DNA of 64,000 nt from Vezdaea acicularis (Eukaryota), in the NCBI GenBank assembly GCA_026025075.1, contig JAPEUI010000018.1, forward strand, positions 124,001 to 188,000, written 5' to 3'. Below, piece after piece: positions 36,420 through 48,839 of this stretch. A program made the translations under genes and the position numbers. Numbering within the stretch: the first letter of the stretch is position 1; the number at the start of each line of letters is the position of its first letter. The notes beneath the pieces were generated by a model, which was given only the letters and a program-made list of their open reading frames with translations, was not told the DNA's origin and did no database searches.

Positions 36420-36983
36420 TCATAAGCCTAAGTCCGAACCAAGACACATTCCCATCACCGGCATCAGCATCGGCACCCGCCGCCGCCGCGCCCCTCGTCT
36501 CTTCTCCGGATGACTGTTTACCTCTCCTGAATCTGGTATCTTGCCGCAGGATGAGCCCCGGGCCTCACGAGCTTTCTGCCGAGTATTATAGTCCCTCACT
36601 GGCGCCTTCCTATCTCTCCGCCTTCCTCCCGCTGCGGAAAAGCTGTCATGAATATCGGGCTCTTGCAGGCAATGGCAATGTAGCTCGCAGTAGTGGATGA
36701 AGTAGGCGGTGTTCCCATGATCAAACGCGAATGCCATGTCATAGCACTCCAGCTGATGGAAGGGCCCTACGCATACACAGGCTATGCCTAGGGTGGGACT
36801 TGTGGCTGTGGGCGTCGTACAGATAAGGGAGGTGTATCCGGGTGTCCAGGGCGTGTACCACGGATTATGGATGGGGATTGGTGGGTTGGGTTTGGGGCCT
36901 TCGAGGCAGGTAGCGGGAAGGTATGCGAGCGTGGTGATGGCGGAGAAGAAAAGGCCGAAGATGCTGAGCTTGAAAAGAGTCAT
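36420..36983 (-). CDS. Small secreted Cys-rich protein (effector-like)
   Basis: Signal peptide MTLFKLSIFGLFFSAITTLA. Cys pattern C...C...CVC...C...CELHCHC. The 3' end is uncertain. Confidence 0.65.
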   Translation of the reverse strand: MTLFKLSIFGLFFSAITTLAYLPATCLEGPKPNPPIPIHNPWYTPWTPGYTSLICTTPTATSPTLGIACVCVGPFHQLECYDMAFAFDHGNTAYFIHYCELHCHCLQEPDIHDSFSAAGGRRRDRKAPVRDYNTRQKAREARGSSCGKIPDSGEVNSHPEKRRGARRRRVPMLMPVMGMCLGSDLGL

Positions 36984-37604
36984 GAGGGCGGAGAAAGTCG
37001 GCCAGGCATCTGGAAGGGTGCTCAATGAAGCCAATGGCTCAGTGGCAAGCCGTAGGACCAAATATTGCGAGATAGAAAGAGCATCAGAACCCTAATACAC
37101 CAAACCTTCTCCCATTTGCCCAGGAGCATCGGACTCCTCGAACAAACTTCGGGCGGTCACAGCAATATAAGAATGGTGATACGCAGGGATCAGCCTTGCG
37201 CCCGTGGGTCAATTTACGAGCTGGCGTTATCGACTTGCGCCTGAGCGAGGGGTTTTGGATCCATGGAAGGCCAATCTGCAGAGCTATGAAGCCTCACGAA
37301 CGCAACCACGTTCTGCATGACGGATGACGTAGATACGACCAAAGCTGTCACGGACAACATGAACAAGTGTACACAATCACAAGTGAATAGGATTGGCGCA
37401 ACTCCCTGCAAATCCCGCTGCGACATTTAAATTCCCAGCCGCGCCATCCGTGCGTTCGGCCCTTGAGCCACTTCGGCATTGAATTATAACGCGAAAGCCA
37501 AAGGCATAGCTGAAGCCATAACTAAAAGCTTAACTACACATGGAAGTGGCTCAGACCATTCGGCCCGTCAAGCCTTGACCGACCCGCACTGGCGGTATCA
37601 GCAA

Positions 37605-40600
37605 CTATCCCCAGACGCCACCGAGACCCTTCAAGGCGCCCAGCCTGTTCTTCGCCATCTTCCGGAGGCTTTCCTTCCTCCTGCTCTCGCTCTTAGCTAC
37701 TGCCGCTTTCTTCTCCATCTCTCTGGCGTTGTAGTTGATACTGCTCTTCTTCCCACCTCCTCGCTTAACCACCGCGTCTTCACTGCCTCCTGCTGACCTC
37801 TCCGTGGTCGAGTATAGCGAGCTTGTAGACGAGCTGGTGGAGGATGCAGTGGCCCTTCTCAGCAGGGAGGGGGCACGGAAGAGCGGGGTAGATCCAGGAG
37901 CAGCGAATGCCATATTTGCTCCGCCTGCTCCTGTGTTGGAGGACGAAGAGGAGTTCTCGCGGAGTAGGGCTAGCCTATCAACTACGTTCTGGGTCGTTCG
38001 GCGGGGATTTATCCTCGGTTGCTGGGTCGCATTGTCTTCCACGCCCTTTTGAGGTTCCCCATCCGAGCAATCATCGTTCTCTATTTCCATGGAGTTTCGA
38101 TCTCCAATGAGATCAGATAGAGAAGCACGGACGTCCATTAATGAAGACGGCTTTGCCTTGTTTGTTCGGCGGAGGTGCGGTGGAGGGCGATTTTCGATAT
38201 TATCTTCATCCTGTTCCTCACGCTTGCGCTTAAGTGATGCAGCTGTTGTAAGTTCAGGGGGTCTCATCTGTCCAATCGTAGACTGCTGCGACTCAGAGAC
38301 ATCTTGCGAGTTCGAATCTTCCTCATCAAAGAAGTTGAGATCATCGTCTGCAACTCGATCTTCAATTGCAAGGAGAAACGCGGCTTTCTTCGGGTTATCA
38401 GCTGTACCTCACGGTCAGTGCGCGCTCCACAATAAGCACAAGCGTGTAACAAACCTATCTTGCCGATGTCCTCATTACCCTCCAGTAGGGCTTTCCGCAT
38501 TCTAGCAAACTCACGACGTTTCATAGCACGACGGGCTTCTCCATCATCGTCTGAGTCGGATAGGTCGTAATCGGCGCCACGCTTACGACGAAGGGTCCCG
38601 TTTGTTATGTCTTTGAACAGTCGCTCCATTTGTTTCTCGTCCCTTGCACGCTCCTTATCACTGGAAAGAGTTAGTAAGGAACGGAAGTTTGTGGAAAAAT
38701 GACGTACGCGTAAAATGCAGCAAGCTCCCCAGCATCAGCATCTGGAGCTTCGTTATCGATCATGTTTTCGTCCAGCTCAGCATCTTCATTAGCGCTATCA
38801 TCATCGCTTGCTCCTCCCAAACCAGCATATTCGTCTTCTGATTCTTCGGCATGCTCTTCTACCATATCCTTTGCCTTGCTCTTCTTCTTATCAAAGTTCT
38901 CTGTGTTGTGATCCTTCTTTTTCGACGCCTTGCGCATAACGTCAAAGATGTTTGCCTTTATCTCAAACTCATCTTCGGCACCCTCATCTGGCATTTCCTT
39001 ATCATCGGGGTCAGAGAGTGCCTTTACGTCTAGCCGACGCCGTAGACGGCCTTTTTTTTTGATCGTAGGAGACTCTTTGATCGGTGAGATCAGAATCGTT
39101 TCAACTGTCGAAGGCGGGGGCACTGCGAAGCGGTCCGCCATGGGGGACAACAACTGGAAACCGACGTCTTGAGTAGGATCGGGAAATTCAGATAACTGGG
39201 TTGCTGATGGACTTGGGCTCCTTTCTCTATCTTCATGCAAGTTTTCTGCCAGCTGTGAATGTGTTGAAGGAGTCTTCTGCGTCTCATACTCAAATTGATT
39301 TTCATTTGCATCATCTTGAGTAGCCTTGATGAGCTCTGGTGACGACATCGCCTGCGAGGGAGAGAAGCTTGGCAAGCTCGGGATGGGAACTTTTCGAAGG
39401 AAGCTCAATGGATCGCGGTCTTTGTCCATTCCTGGAGTGACCAGATTAGGGCTATTCTGGCTGTCATCAGCAGTCCCCATGAACATCTGGGTCATGCCTA
39501 GTGGCACTCTTTCGTCGGTTGGAAGGCCCGGGATTACCGTCCTCTTCAGGGAGACAGGGGTGATAGCTGGCCTCAGGGGAGGAACGTCCTCATCTTCGTC
39601 ATCAGATATGACCCGTATAGCCTTCGCCCTTCGAAGGGGGCGAGCGATTGGCTCGTCGTCAGCATTCTCCGCATCATCGATGAATTCATCGAGACCTTCT
39701 TCGACACCCTCTTCGGCTTCAACTTCCTGCTCATCCTCGGAGCCAGCTTCAGATGCCTCGAGGTCAAGTATTTTTGACCTTCCATTAGCATGGCTAGCCT
39801 GGCTATTTGCTTCAAGGTCGTTTTCAGATTCCTCATCATCTCCGTCTTCCTCTTCTTCGGAGTCGATCATAATGACGTCTTCACCTTCATCATCCTCGTC
39901 GCTTGCGATAATTTTCTCGGGATTAACCTTCTCCTCTTGCCATTCTTCGTCTTCATCGCTATCTTCATCAAGGATATCCAGTTCGCCCTTCTCCCTTCTC
40001 TCCCTCTTAGCATCATCTTTCTCCCTTTTCATTATTTCTTCAGCCTCCTTCCTAGCTTTCGCTGTCAAGTCCTCAATTTCAGCCTCTTGCTGAGCCCTTT
40101 CTTCAGCTGTCTGGATGTAGACTCCTCTATCCTTTAGTTCCTGAAGTCGCTCGGCTCGCTCTTGAGCAGCTTGCTCTCGAGCTCGCCGGCGTAGGTTTAC
40201 CTGAAGCTCGGCTTGAGTTAGAGACTTCGTGTCTTTTGATGGTTGTTTGCCGGGTGACGTAAGGTTAGCGAGCATGCGGAGAGCATGCATGGACTGTCCT
40301 TCTTTCTCCTTCTTTTGAGGGATCTTGTCCCATATGCTGTTTGCCTCAGGCTTTTTATCCGCAAGGATCTCAAGGTCACTATCAGATTCATTTGCCTTGC
40401 TTGGGCGAGACGTTTGCTTGCTACGAAGTAGACGTCTGAGGCGCTCTTTCTTTACATTAGGACTAAGCTTCAGAGATTTTCCTTTCTCTATCTCCTCTTT
40501 AGTTTTGGATGGACTAGAAGTATCCATCTCAACGTGCAGCTGCTCAAGGAATGATCTAGGACGCTTTCGGGATTCTGATTGGTCTCGCTGCAAAGTGGTG

Positions 40601-41877
40601 CCTTCTCGCTCAGACAAGTTCATAGTCTCTTTCGCAATAGAGGGCTCAAACTCCGCGCCATTAGCCTGAATGGGCGTAGCTATAACTCCAATCTCTTTCT
40701 GCGAAGGGGTTCCACAGCTCACCGGGCTCGTGGCGGGCGTGGAATGGATAACATCAACTTCGCTTCCCGACTTTTCGTTTGCCGACCTCTCTCCTGACGA
40801 GGCCACTTCCTCGACGTGGCTCTTTGGCTTATAATTGAATTTCGCAAACAAGCTTTGTTTTGTGATTTTCTTCTTCGTGCGGGCTTCATGAGCTAATTGC
40901 ATGTTCCTCGCCATCCGCTGAGTCTCTCGGTTCATCTCTTCCAAGGCCTTCTTGCCAGCTTTGCGCTTAGGGCGGGACTGTTGCGTCAAACGTTGTTCCG
41001 TGGCGCTGTCCGCAGAATCTTGGTCAGACACTATATCATGCCCATGAAGTGCGTGCTCCTGCGCTTCTCTTTCTTCCCGCCTCTTTGCGATTTCTGCTTC
41101 TTTGGCAAGACGCTCTCGGCGTTTCTTTGCGACAAGTTCAAGGAAACGGGGGTTAGAATGAGGGTCTGCGGGCAGATCCGGATCGGAGTCAATCTCCTCA
41201 GCAGCACTCGCCTTCGAAGGGGACGGCCGTGGTGAAGCCTTGTCTTCAGGAACGATAAGACCGGGAGAGCGAGCCATGGAACGAGAGGGCGATGGTTTTG
41301 GGGATTCGTCGCTAACAGTGAGCTTTGCTTTGAGTAGCTTGCGACGACGCTGTATAACAGGAGTGTCGGAACCAGAATCACTCCCGTTCGACATGTCCTG
41401 CTCTTGGGTGGCAGGCACATCGACTGTTGATACCCGGACAGGATCCGTTTTCTTTTCCATCAACTGCCTCTTGACCCGCTCGTACGCATTCCCAATTGGG
41501 CTTGACTCGCGGGATACCACTCCTACCTTGTTGGCGTCATGTCTAGACAATACTCGCATTCTCGCAGCCATACGTCCCTTCGGCCTTATCAAGACGCCCT
41601 CGCCGTCCCCTTCATCCTCATCTTCATCTGGAGAACTCTCAGAGCTCTCGATACTAGTCGCGCGGGGTTTAGTAGTTGTTGTCTCCGCTAGCTTGATGGC
41701 AACATCTTTAGGTTTGGGCGCTGTATCTGAGTCCCACTCGTCATCAAACTGCTTGAGCAATGCTTGGACTTTCGACCGAGGCGTCAATGGTGCTGGAGAG
41801 CTTCTGTCGCGCATAGAGTTGGGCGTTGACGGGGAGGAATCGCGTAGGGCCTTCGTGGGCGTCGAAGCTTCGGACAT
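37605..41877 (-). CDS. MRC1: Mediator of replication checkpoint protein Mrc1 (3 exons)
   Basis: Motifs KALEEMNRETQRMARN, VEEHAEESEDEYAGLGG and LFKDITNGTLRRKR. SQ/TQ clusters and acidic tracts. Confidence 0.92.
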
Positions 41878-42511
41878 GGCTGCAATTGCTGCTCAACACG
41901 GCTGGATCAGCTCATTTGAGATGATTCTAACAGGTCTTACTCGTGTTGGACTTTATAGCGTGCTCGAAAGGCTGTTGAGTATGTTGCATACGACGAGGTA
42001 TTGAGTATACCGAAGACTTCCAAAAGTCAATATACGCGAGGCAGCTTGAAGTCGCGTTGCGCGTCGGCCAATCACAATTAGCGAGACCCTCCCCCACCAA
42101 CGAGCACTTAGGCTATAGGCACAATTCATTCAGATAATGCTTGTGGATTGTTCCAAGAGCCCGAAGTGCCTAGCAGCTTAGACTACACAATTTCTGAAAT
42201 GGGAAAACTAAGGTCTAGAATCCCGCCGGAGCGCCATGCTTGTCCCTCAATGCCCATGGTAGATGCAAACCCATGCTCATGTCCATGCCGCCCAGATGCC
42301 CGTCACGCCCAATTCCAGGAGCCCCGATCAGAGGCACATTCACGATCAATCTTCCGCGGTCAACATATCAAGCCCTGCAAGATGTGCAAACGCTTTTATA
42401 TCAAACGCAACTTCAACCTAATCCACGCAAGAGCTGTATCCCATGCTTCTCAGAACCTCCATACCCTCACTTTCGGACCATTCTTGTTCCTTGACCACCT
42501 TATCAAACCCC

Positions 42512-44532
42512 TCAAATCTCGATATCAATGGCAACATCCATGGCTGCGATGAGATCGTCGTCCAGAACTTGTTTGCTGAATGTCGGAATGCCCTTTTTCT
42601 TCTCCCCACTGGTTCTTGGCGAAACACGAAGAGCAGGAGGTGACTCTGGTGACTTTGACTTTGGCGTAACAGTGCCGCTTCGAGTCACCGGCGTGCCAGT
42701 TCGGCTACGAGAAGCAGAGTAAATAGGCTCGTTGGCGTCGTAGCGAAGCCTGGGCTGAGTCTTGACACGAGCGAAGTGATCGGGCAACCGTTCGCCTCTT
42801 GCAACAGCAGCAGCAAGTTCGCGCTCGGCCTTCTTTTCAGCAATTTGTGCCTTTCGTACCTCTTGGGTGTTGAGTTGGCGGTTCCTGCGATTGATTTCCG
42901 CAAGGATATCCTGCTGAGTACGCTCTTTGGTCTCCTTCGGTTTGATGATATGAGTGCCAAAAGCTAGGTTCGGAACGTTGAGGTCAGCGAGTTTTTGATC
43001 GATCTCGTTGACGACCGCATCTTGAGCACGCGCTTCGGCTTCTTTACGACTTTCCCGAAGTCTGGCAACCTTTTGGTGCTTAATTGTCAGGTCATCAACA
43101 CGCTTGACCTTCGCGTTGATTTCATCATTGGTCCATCTACGATCACTTAGAGCATTGATTGCCCCAATCTTATCGACAAGGAACTTTCGAGATGGCATGG
43201 GACACTTGTCGAACTCCATGGTGATTCTGTAACGTCTAAACTCAGCCTATGAGGGTCAGCTGAGCCTTCTTCAAGTGGTCTCATCAAGTCCTTACCTCCG
43301 TGAATCTTGAGCCCGAACAGTATAGGAAAGCAAAATCTTTCTGGGCCTTTCCAAGAGTAACGGTAACGTATTGGTTGGTGACAAATGCAAGGCCTCTTGT
43401 AGGATGCATAGCATACGATGGACCCTCAGTAAAGCCTAAATCGGCGTCAATAATTGCCAAAGAGGGCGTGCGTGAAACTCACCCTTGATCTGTCCCATTC
43501 TGTGCTCGTCTTTGCCCACAACAACGCGTACGAAGCATCCAGTGATGGCCTGTTCAAAGCCAGGAAAGAAGCAGACCCGAGCGAACTCTTCCCAGCCTAC
43601 TCTGACACGTTCAAAGTTTCGCAGCTCTGGTATGCGTAGATCTTGTGGTGGGGTGGTTGGTGTTGTGGCGGCAGGACGGACAGGTTGAGCCTTTGGCTTC
43701 TTGTCGTCCCACTCGACATCACTCTCGCCATCGCCATCTGCATCAGAGAGCTCATCTCTCTTCTGTTGCTGCGGCTTCACGTCATCCAATCGACGCCTCT
43801 GCTCATGTTCTTTGCCGCGCTGTTCACGGTGGCGTTTGTATTCCTCCAAGGGTGCTGAAGCTTCCCCTACCTTGCGTCCTCCACGAGTAGTGCGTTGTCG
43901 AGACGTCTTTCTCTGCCCGTCTTCGGGTTCTCCGTCAGCCTTGCGTTTCTTCTTCTCATCTTCCTTGCCTTGTGCTTTCTCGCGATCTCGGAGAAGCTGG
44001 CGGAGAGCACGGTTCTGGTTCTCGAGTTCTAGCTCTGCGGCACGTGTGGCAAGTTCTTTTTCTCGTTCGAACTCAGTGAGCGAAAGGATGTATTTCTTGT
44101 CCTCTTCCGACTTGTATTTGTTCTCAAGAGGGAATGAAACGGTTTTATCGAGATCGCCAGCGGCTGTAGCATCGGATTCAGATTCGTCCATGGAGGCAGA
44201 TTGCTGTGAATCAGGAGTAGCGCGACCAGAAGAGCTAGAAGCATAGGTGTCAGCATCGGAAGTGGGAGGGGGAACGAGCTATCGTACGCTTCACCCTCCT
44301 CCTCAGACTCGTCTGCTTTCGCCCTTCCCCCGGCTTTCTTACTGGCCTTGGCATTTTGCTTCGGGTTAGCAGCTTTCACCAGTGCCGGTTCTGCACTTGG
44401 CTCTACCGAAAGCTTGACAGTGTCTGTGACCAAAGCTTGCTGCTCTGTCTGAGTAACAGTCTGGGCTGCTTCCTCTACCTTAGGAGTCTCTCCGCCGAGT
44501 TCTAAGAGCTCGCCGAATAGTTCTTCCGCCAT
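42512..44532 (-). CDS. RTF1: Paf1-complex subunit Rtf1 (Plus3 domain; multi-exon)
   Basis: Motifs PLENKYKSEEDK..ILSLTEFEREKELA.R, CFFPGFEQAITGCFVRV and DIDIEI-type C-terminus. Confidence 0.9.
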
Positions 44533-45059
44533 GATGCCCGTACAATGCTTGAGGTGACGAACAGATTGGAGTGTGAAAGGTGTGATGTGTCGATTTGTGA
44601 GAATTGGAGAAGAATCTTAAAGCACAGCTCAAAAGATACCTCTAAGGACCGCTGGAATACTGATGTTCAACCTGTGAGATAAAGGACGTTGGTGAAGAGA
44701 TGAGCTCAGAAGTTGTAATGAATGGCCGACACTTTACAGAAAAATGACAGTGTTGTAAAGTGAAGGTTTGCAATCGTCTAGATCGTAGGTGAGAAGCACT
44801 CTGCAAAGTGCAGAAAAAAAGTGGGAAACGCGCGCATTGAGGAGGCTGGTCTACAATAAAAACGGGGGGTGAAGTCTGAACACAATGCCAAGCGCGGTCA
44901 TGTGATGAACTTTTTGATGAACTTTTTGATGGACAGGGATGCACGCGACAATAGCGGCCGCAGCGACAAGCTACCGAGAACAATGGGAATGACCCGCACA
45001 TTGATGCCTCAACAGGAAAACAATGTCATAGTTCAGTCTACTCTGAAACGTACACAGTC

Positions 45060-45883
45060 ATGCATCCCCACAGAGCATTTCGATGCCTCTCTTCCCTAGC
45101 TCGGACAAGATCTCTGTCCAGACCCACCATTCCCGACTTCCTAGCTCCAAGCTGCATCGGGAGATATGACCTCCGCCGAGCCTCCACGACATCCGACGCC
45201 GCATCCGCACGAGCAGCCCCAACCCCCTCCCCCCCAAAGCCGCACAAGCCCCTCTCCCCAGCTCAACAAGCCTTTCTGGACTCCGCGCTGCGCGTCAATC
45301 AAGCCGGTGAACTCGCCGCAACCCTGATCTACACTGCGCAGACCCCGCCCCTAACAAAAGCCCAACCGCACCTCCGCCCCCTGCTGTCACACATGTACCA
45401 GCAAGAAGCAGGGCACTTCCAGACGTTCAACCGCCTGCTTGCTAAGCACCGCATCCGCCCCACGGCGATGTATCCGGTGTGGAAATTTGCTGCGACGACG
45501 CTGGGCTGGACGACGGCTATGATGGGGAGGGAGGCGGCTATGGCGTGTACGGAAGCGGTGGAGACTGAGATCGGGGAGCACTATAATGGCCAAGTGAGGG
45601 TGTTGCTGGAGTGGAAGAAGGAGCTGGAAGCTAAAGGCGAAGAGTTGGGGGAGGAGCTCAGCGAGTTGCTGGAGACGGTCAGGCGGATCAGGGATGAGGA
45701 GCTGGAACAGTGAGTGTTCATACGCCTCTCTTTCATTCTAGACGAGTCGTGCTTGCTAACAGCTGGACTAGTCTTGATCATGCTGTAGAAAACGATGCGA
45801 AGCAGGCTGAGGGGCATGAGCTCCTGACGAACGTCATAAGAAGCGGCTGCAAGGCGGCGATATGGGTTAGCGAGCGAGTATAG
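45060..45883 (+). CDS. COQ7: 5-demethoxyubiquinone hydroxylase Coq7 (2 exons)
   Basis: Motifs LRVNQAGELAA..IY.AQ, AMACTEAVETEIGEHYN.Q, IRDEELE and a final exon ending GCKAAIWVSERV*. Confidence 0.95.
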
Positions 45884-46340
45884 ATATCACAGCTCTCAAT
45901 GCAGCACTTCTCAATACCTCCAAATGATACACATCCAGTTGCAAAAGACCATCGTGAGCCTACCAGCTTCAAAGTTCATTGATCTGAATCTCCTGCTTGT
46001 GGAACCTGCTTTCCCCCACCTCACATTAGGTTTAGTTTTCGCACGTTTCATCAAGGTAATACTGGCACGGCAAAACTTATGGGAAAGGCTGATTTCTATT
46101 TTGATCTTGCGTTAAAAGTCCCCCTCTTGATCTCCAACCCGAATAACAAACTTCAACAATGGAAATCGTTACTACATCAATATAGTAACTTAAACAAACT
46201 CTAATAAAGGAAACCCCCTTTACGTCAAAATAGCAACTTAACAAACTCCAACGAAAGAAAACCCCACTACGTGAACAAAACAACTTATCAAAAACGGTTC
46301 CCCCTTCTACTCACATGCCTCTCCCACCACTCCCCGCGGT

Positions 46341-46988
46341 TCAAAGTTCCTCCCGACAACTCGGGCAAGTCCTTGCATATCCCAACCACTCCCTTGCGCA
46401 AACTGGACAATACCAGTGTTTCGCCGCACAAGAGAGCACCAGGACTGGCTCCCCGACCTTCACTTCCTCCTTGCAGATCGCGCAAGGGCTTGTCTCCTCC
46501 AAATCCGCCATCTTAGCGTCAAGCAGTTTTTCGACCAGCAACGCCTGGAGATCGGCGTTTGCCGCTATATCGTCGTCGTCGTCCGGATCGTCGTCGTTTC
46601 CTGGTTCGTCCTCATCGTCACTTACAAACAAAGCATCTCCACCATGGATCGGTGGGTTGTTGTCCTCCGGAGGCTGGCCGTTGAGTCTGGCTTGTAGGAC
46701 GGGGACTTGGGCTGCGGTCTCGTCCAGGGTCTGCCTTAGTCGTACTAAAGCCTCCAACATCTGATCCAGACGGTCGCCGATTTGGGGGGCGTCTCCGTCT
46801 CCTTGTTCGTTGCTGTTTTCGGGGGCCTCTTCTGGTAGCTCCCCCTGTGTTGCCTCCCGCTCCCGACTCAGGTCGTTTATCATGGCTATTAGGAGTAGAT
46901 ATCGTTCCTCGTTGATTGCGAGGAGCTCGATCAAGAGATCTAGGTTGGCTTGGTTAGTCTCTAGTTGATCGGGATCGTTGTCAGGCAT
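46341..46988 (-). CDS. RING-finger protein (acidic/coiled-coil N-terminus)
   Basis: C-terminal CAIC-X14-C-X3-H-X2-C-X2-C-X10-CPSCR. Confidence 0.8.
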   Translation of the reverse strand: MPDNDPDQLETNQANLDLLIELLAINEERYLLLIAMINDLSREREATQGELPEEAPENSNEQGDGDAPQIGDRLDQMLEALVRLRQTLDETAAQVPVLQARLNGQPPEDNNPPIHGGDALFVSDDEDEPGNDDDPDDDDDIAANADLQALLVEKLLDAKMADLEETSPCAICKEEVKVGEPVLVLSCAAKHWYCPVCAREWLGYARTCPSCREEL

Positions 46989-47475
46989 TTTATTTCAGGT
47001 GTCTGAATTGCTGAGTTTGGTTGCGGTTCTTGATTTTTGTTTTTTTGGAATCAAAACTGGTAGGAAAATCATACTTCTCTTATACATCTTCAAACGTGTT
47101 TAACCTCGTATTCTTCAGAGACCTTCGGTGTTGTGGGTGTATATGATCCCTCATTGTTTGGGGTCCTCTGCTGCGGTGAATGACTCTGAACCATGCGAGA
47201 TCAATACACCATCCCTAGAGTCAAGCGCAGTTAATTTTGCAACAAAGCATGAACAACATTATTTGGTTGAAAGGAACTAAGGCCATAAAGATCAAGCTTG
47301 GGGGCCATAAGGAACACTTCAAAGTTGTTTAGGCCCAGATAATAGAATTGTTATGAACAAAGGGTGGGAATGCTAGACTCATAATGTGGATTAAATCGAT
47401 GCCATCCCGAGATACTCAAAAGGAAAAGAAGCGAGAGCTGCTATATCGGCATCCCAGCTGTGCCTGCTAGAAAAT

Positions 47476-48521
47476 TCAGGAGACTTTCACCACACATGGC
47501 CCATTCCCTATGTCACCATCATTAACAATCATCCCCTTATTCAGCGGGCTGGACAACTCACCCGAATACGTCCCCACCTGGTTCTGAACGCTGAACACCC
47601 CGAACGGACATAACGCCGAAGGCTCCGTCGTTGTCCCATTCAGCTCAACCGTGAGCGTGCACTGTGCGCCGCCGTGGCCAATCTGATAGCCCAGACATCC
47701 ATTGCTCTCGAAGCACTGCGCGCAGCAGTAGCCGGGGTCGTAACCTAACGCGTCTTGCTCAGTCAATTCGACGTTTGTCGATGTCGCAGAGTCGATGATT
47801 GACCCCTGATTGTAGAGGTAGCCGTAGTTGTCTGCGGGGTCGCAGACTAGAGGTGGGGGTATTAGAAGCTAAAAGGGGAGATGGGGACATGAAGCGAACG
47901 GACCTTTTGAGGTGATAGTTGTTGTGCTGGCACTTTGAACGTATGATGTTACGGTGCTTATATACACGGTCTTGGGCTCGTCAGCTACCATCTACAATTG
48001 AGAATTGCGGAGGTAACGTACCACGGAAGGGGCACCAGTGGGAAGAAGTGTAGCACATGAACAGGCACTTGAGAACCGAGTCACGCCCGAGCAAGCGCTG
48101 AATCGCGCTGGAATGGCATTATCTGCAGCCTGCGGAGAGGAAGTAGGTGTGGAGGGGAAGGTGTTCCGCGCAAAGACCCCTCGCTTGAGTTTGGCAGAGC
48201 CGGCAGCGGAGTTCCAGACAACGGAGTATGACGTCGATGTAACCACAGAGATCTGGGTGACTACCTGAGTGTATGCGGATTCAGTCCTTGAAACGGGTCA
48301 ATTCTGAGAATCGGACACTAGGTCTCCAATATGGATACTTACACGGTGCCAACGGTCTGCGTGATCGGGAACTGCGTGGCACAAGCATTCGAGGCCTCCA
48401 CGGAGTGGCCTCGCAACGCTCTCAAGCAATTATCAGCATTGCAGTCATTCCTCTGCTCAAGGACTGCAGCCAGAGCAAAACTGATAGAGGGAAGGAAGAA
48501 GAGAGAAATCTGAATCTTCAT
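47476..48521 (-). CDS. Secreted Cys-rich cell-surface-type protein (multi-exon)
   Basis: Signal peptide MKIQISLFFLPSISFALA. Segments CNADNCLRAL..EASNAC, FSSACSC and a C-terminal CC.QC....GC module. Confidence 0.78.
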
Positions 48522-48839
48522 GACGCCGATAGATATGAAGAGTAAAAAGCTGAGGGACGTTTTTAGAAAAGACGCGGGCTGGCTTGCCCTTAAGGAGGCA
48601 ACCCGGTAGGCCGCAAGCAAGACATAGCTCTGAGCTTCCTCTTCCGTCACGCGCCATTTAGAGGCTCATACCACGAGACCCGTAAAAAAGGAACATTGCA
48701 GCTCCCCTCCCCTCCCAAGCAAAAGGAAGACAACATGAAAAGCGTGACTAATCCTAAGCAGATTGCAGTCAGGAAATCACCGGCGCGCCAACCTTCCCCG
48801 ACTACGCAGTTCGTGGACACTGCACAAAAGCTCTCCAGT

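Noticed and set aside
39326..42004. Long + strand ORFs (255 and 254 aa)
   Set aside because: Antisense shadows of MRC1.
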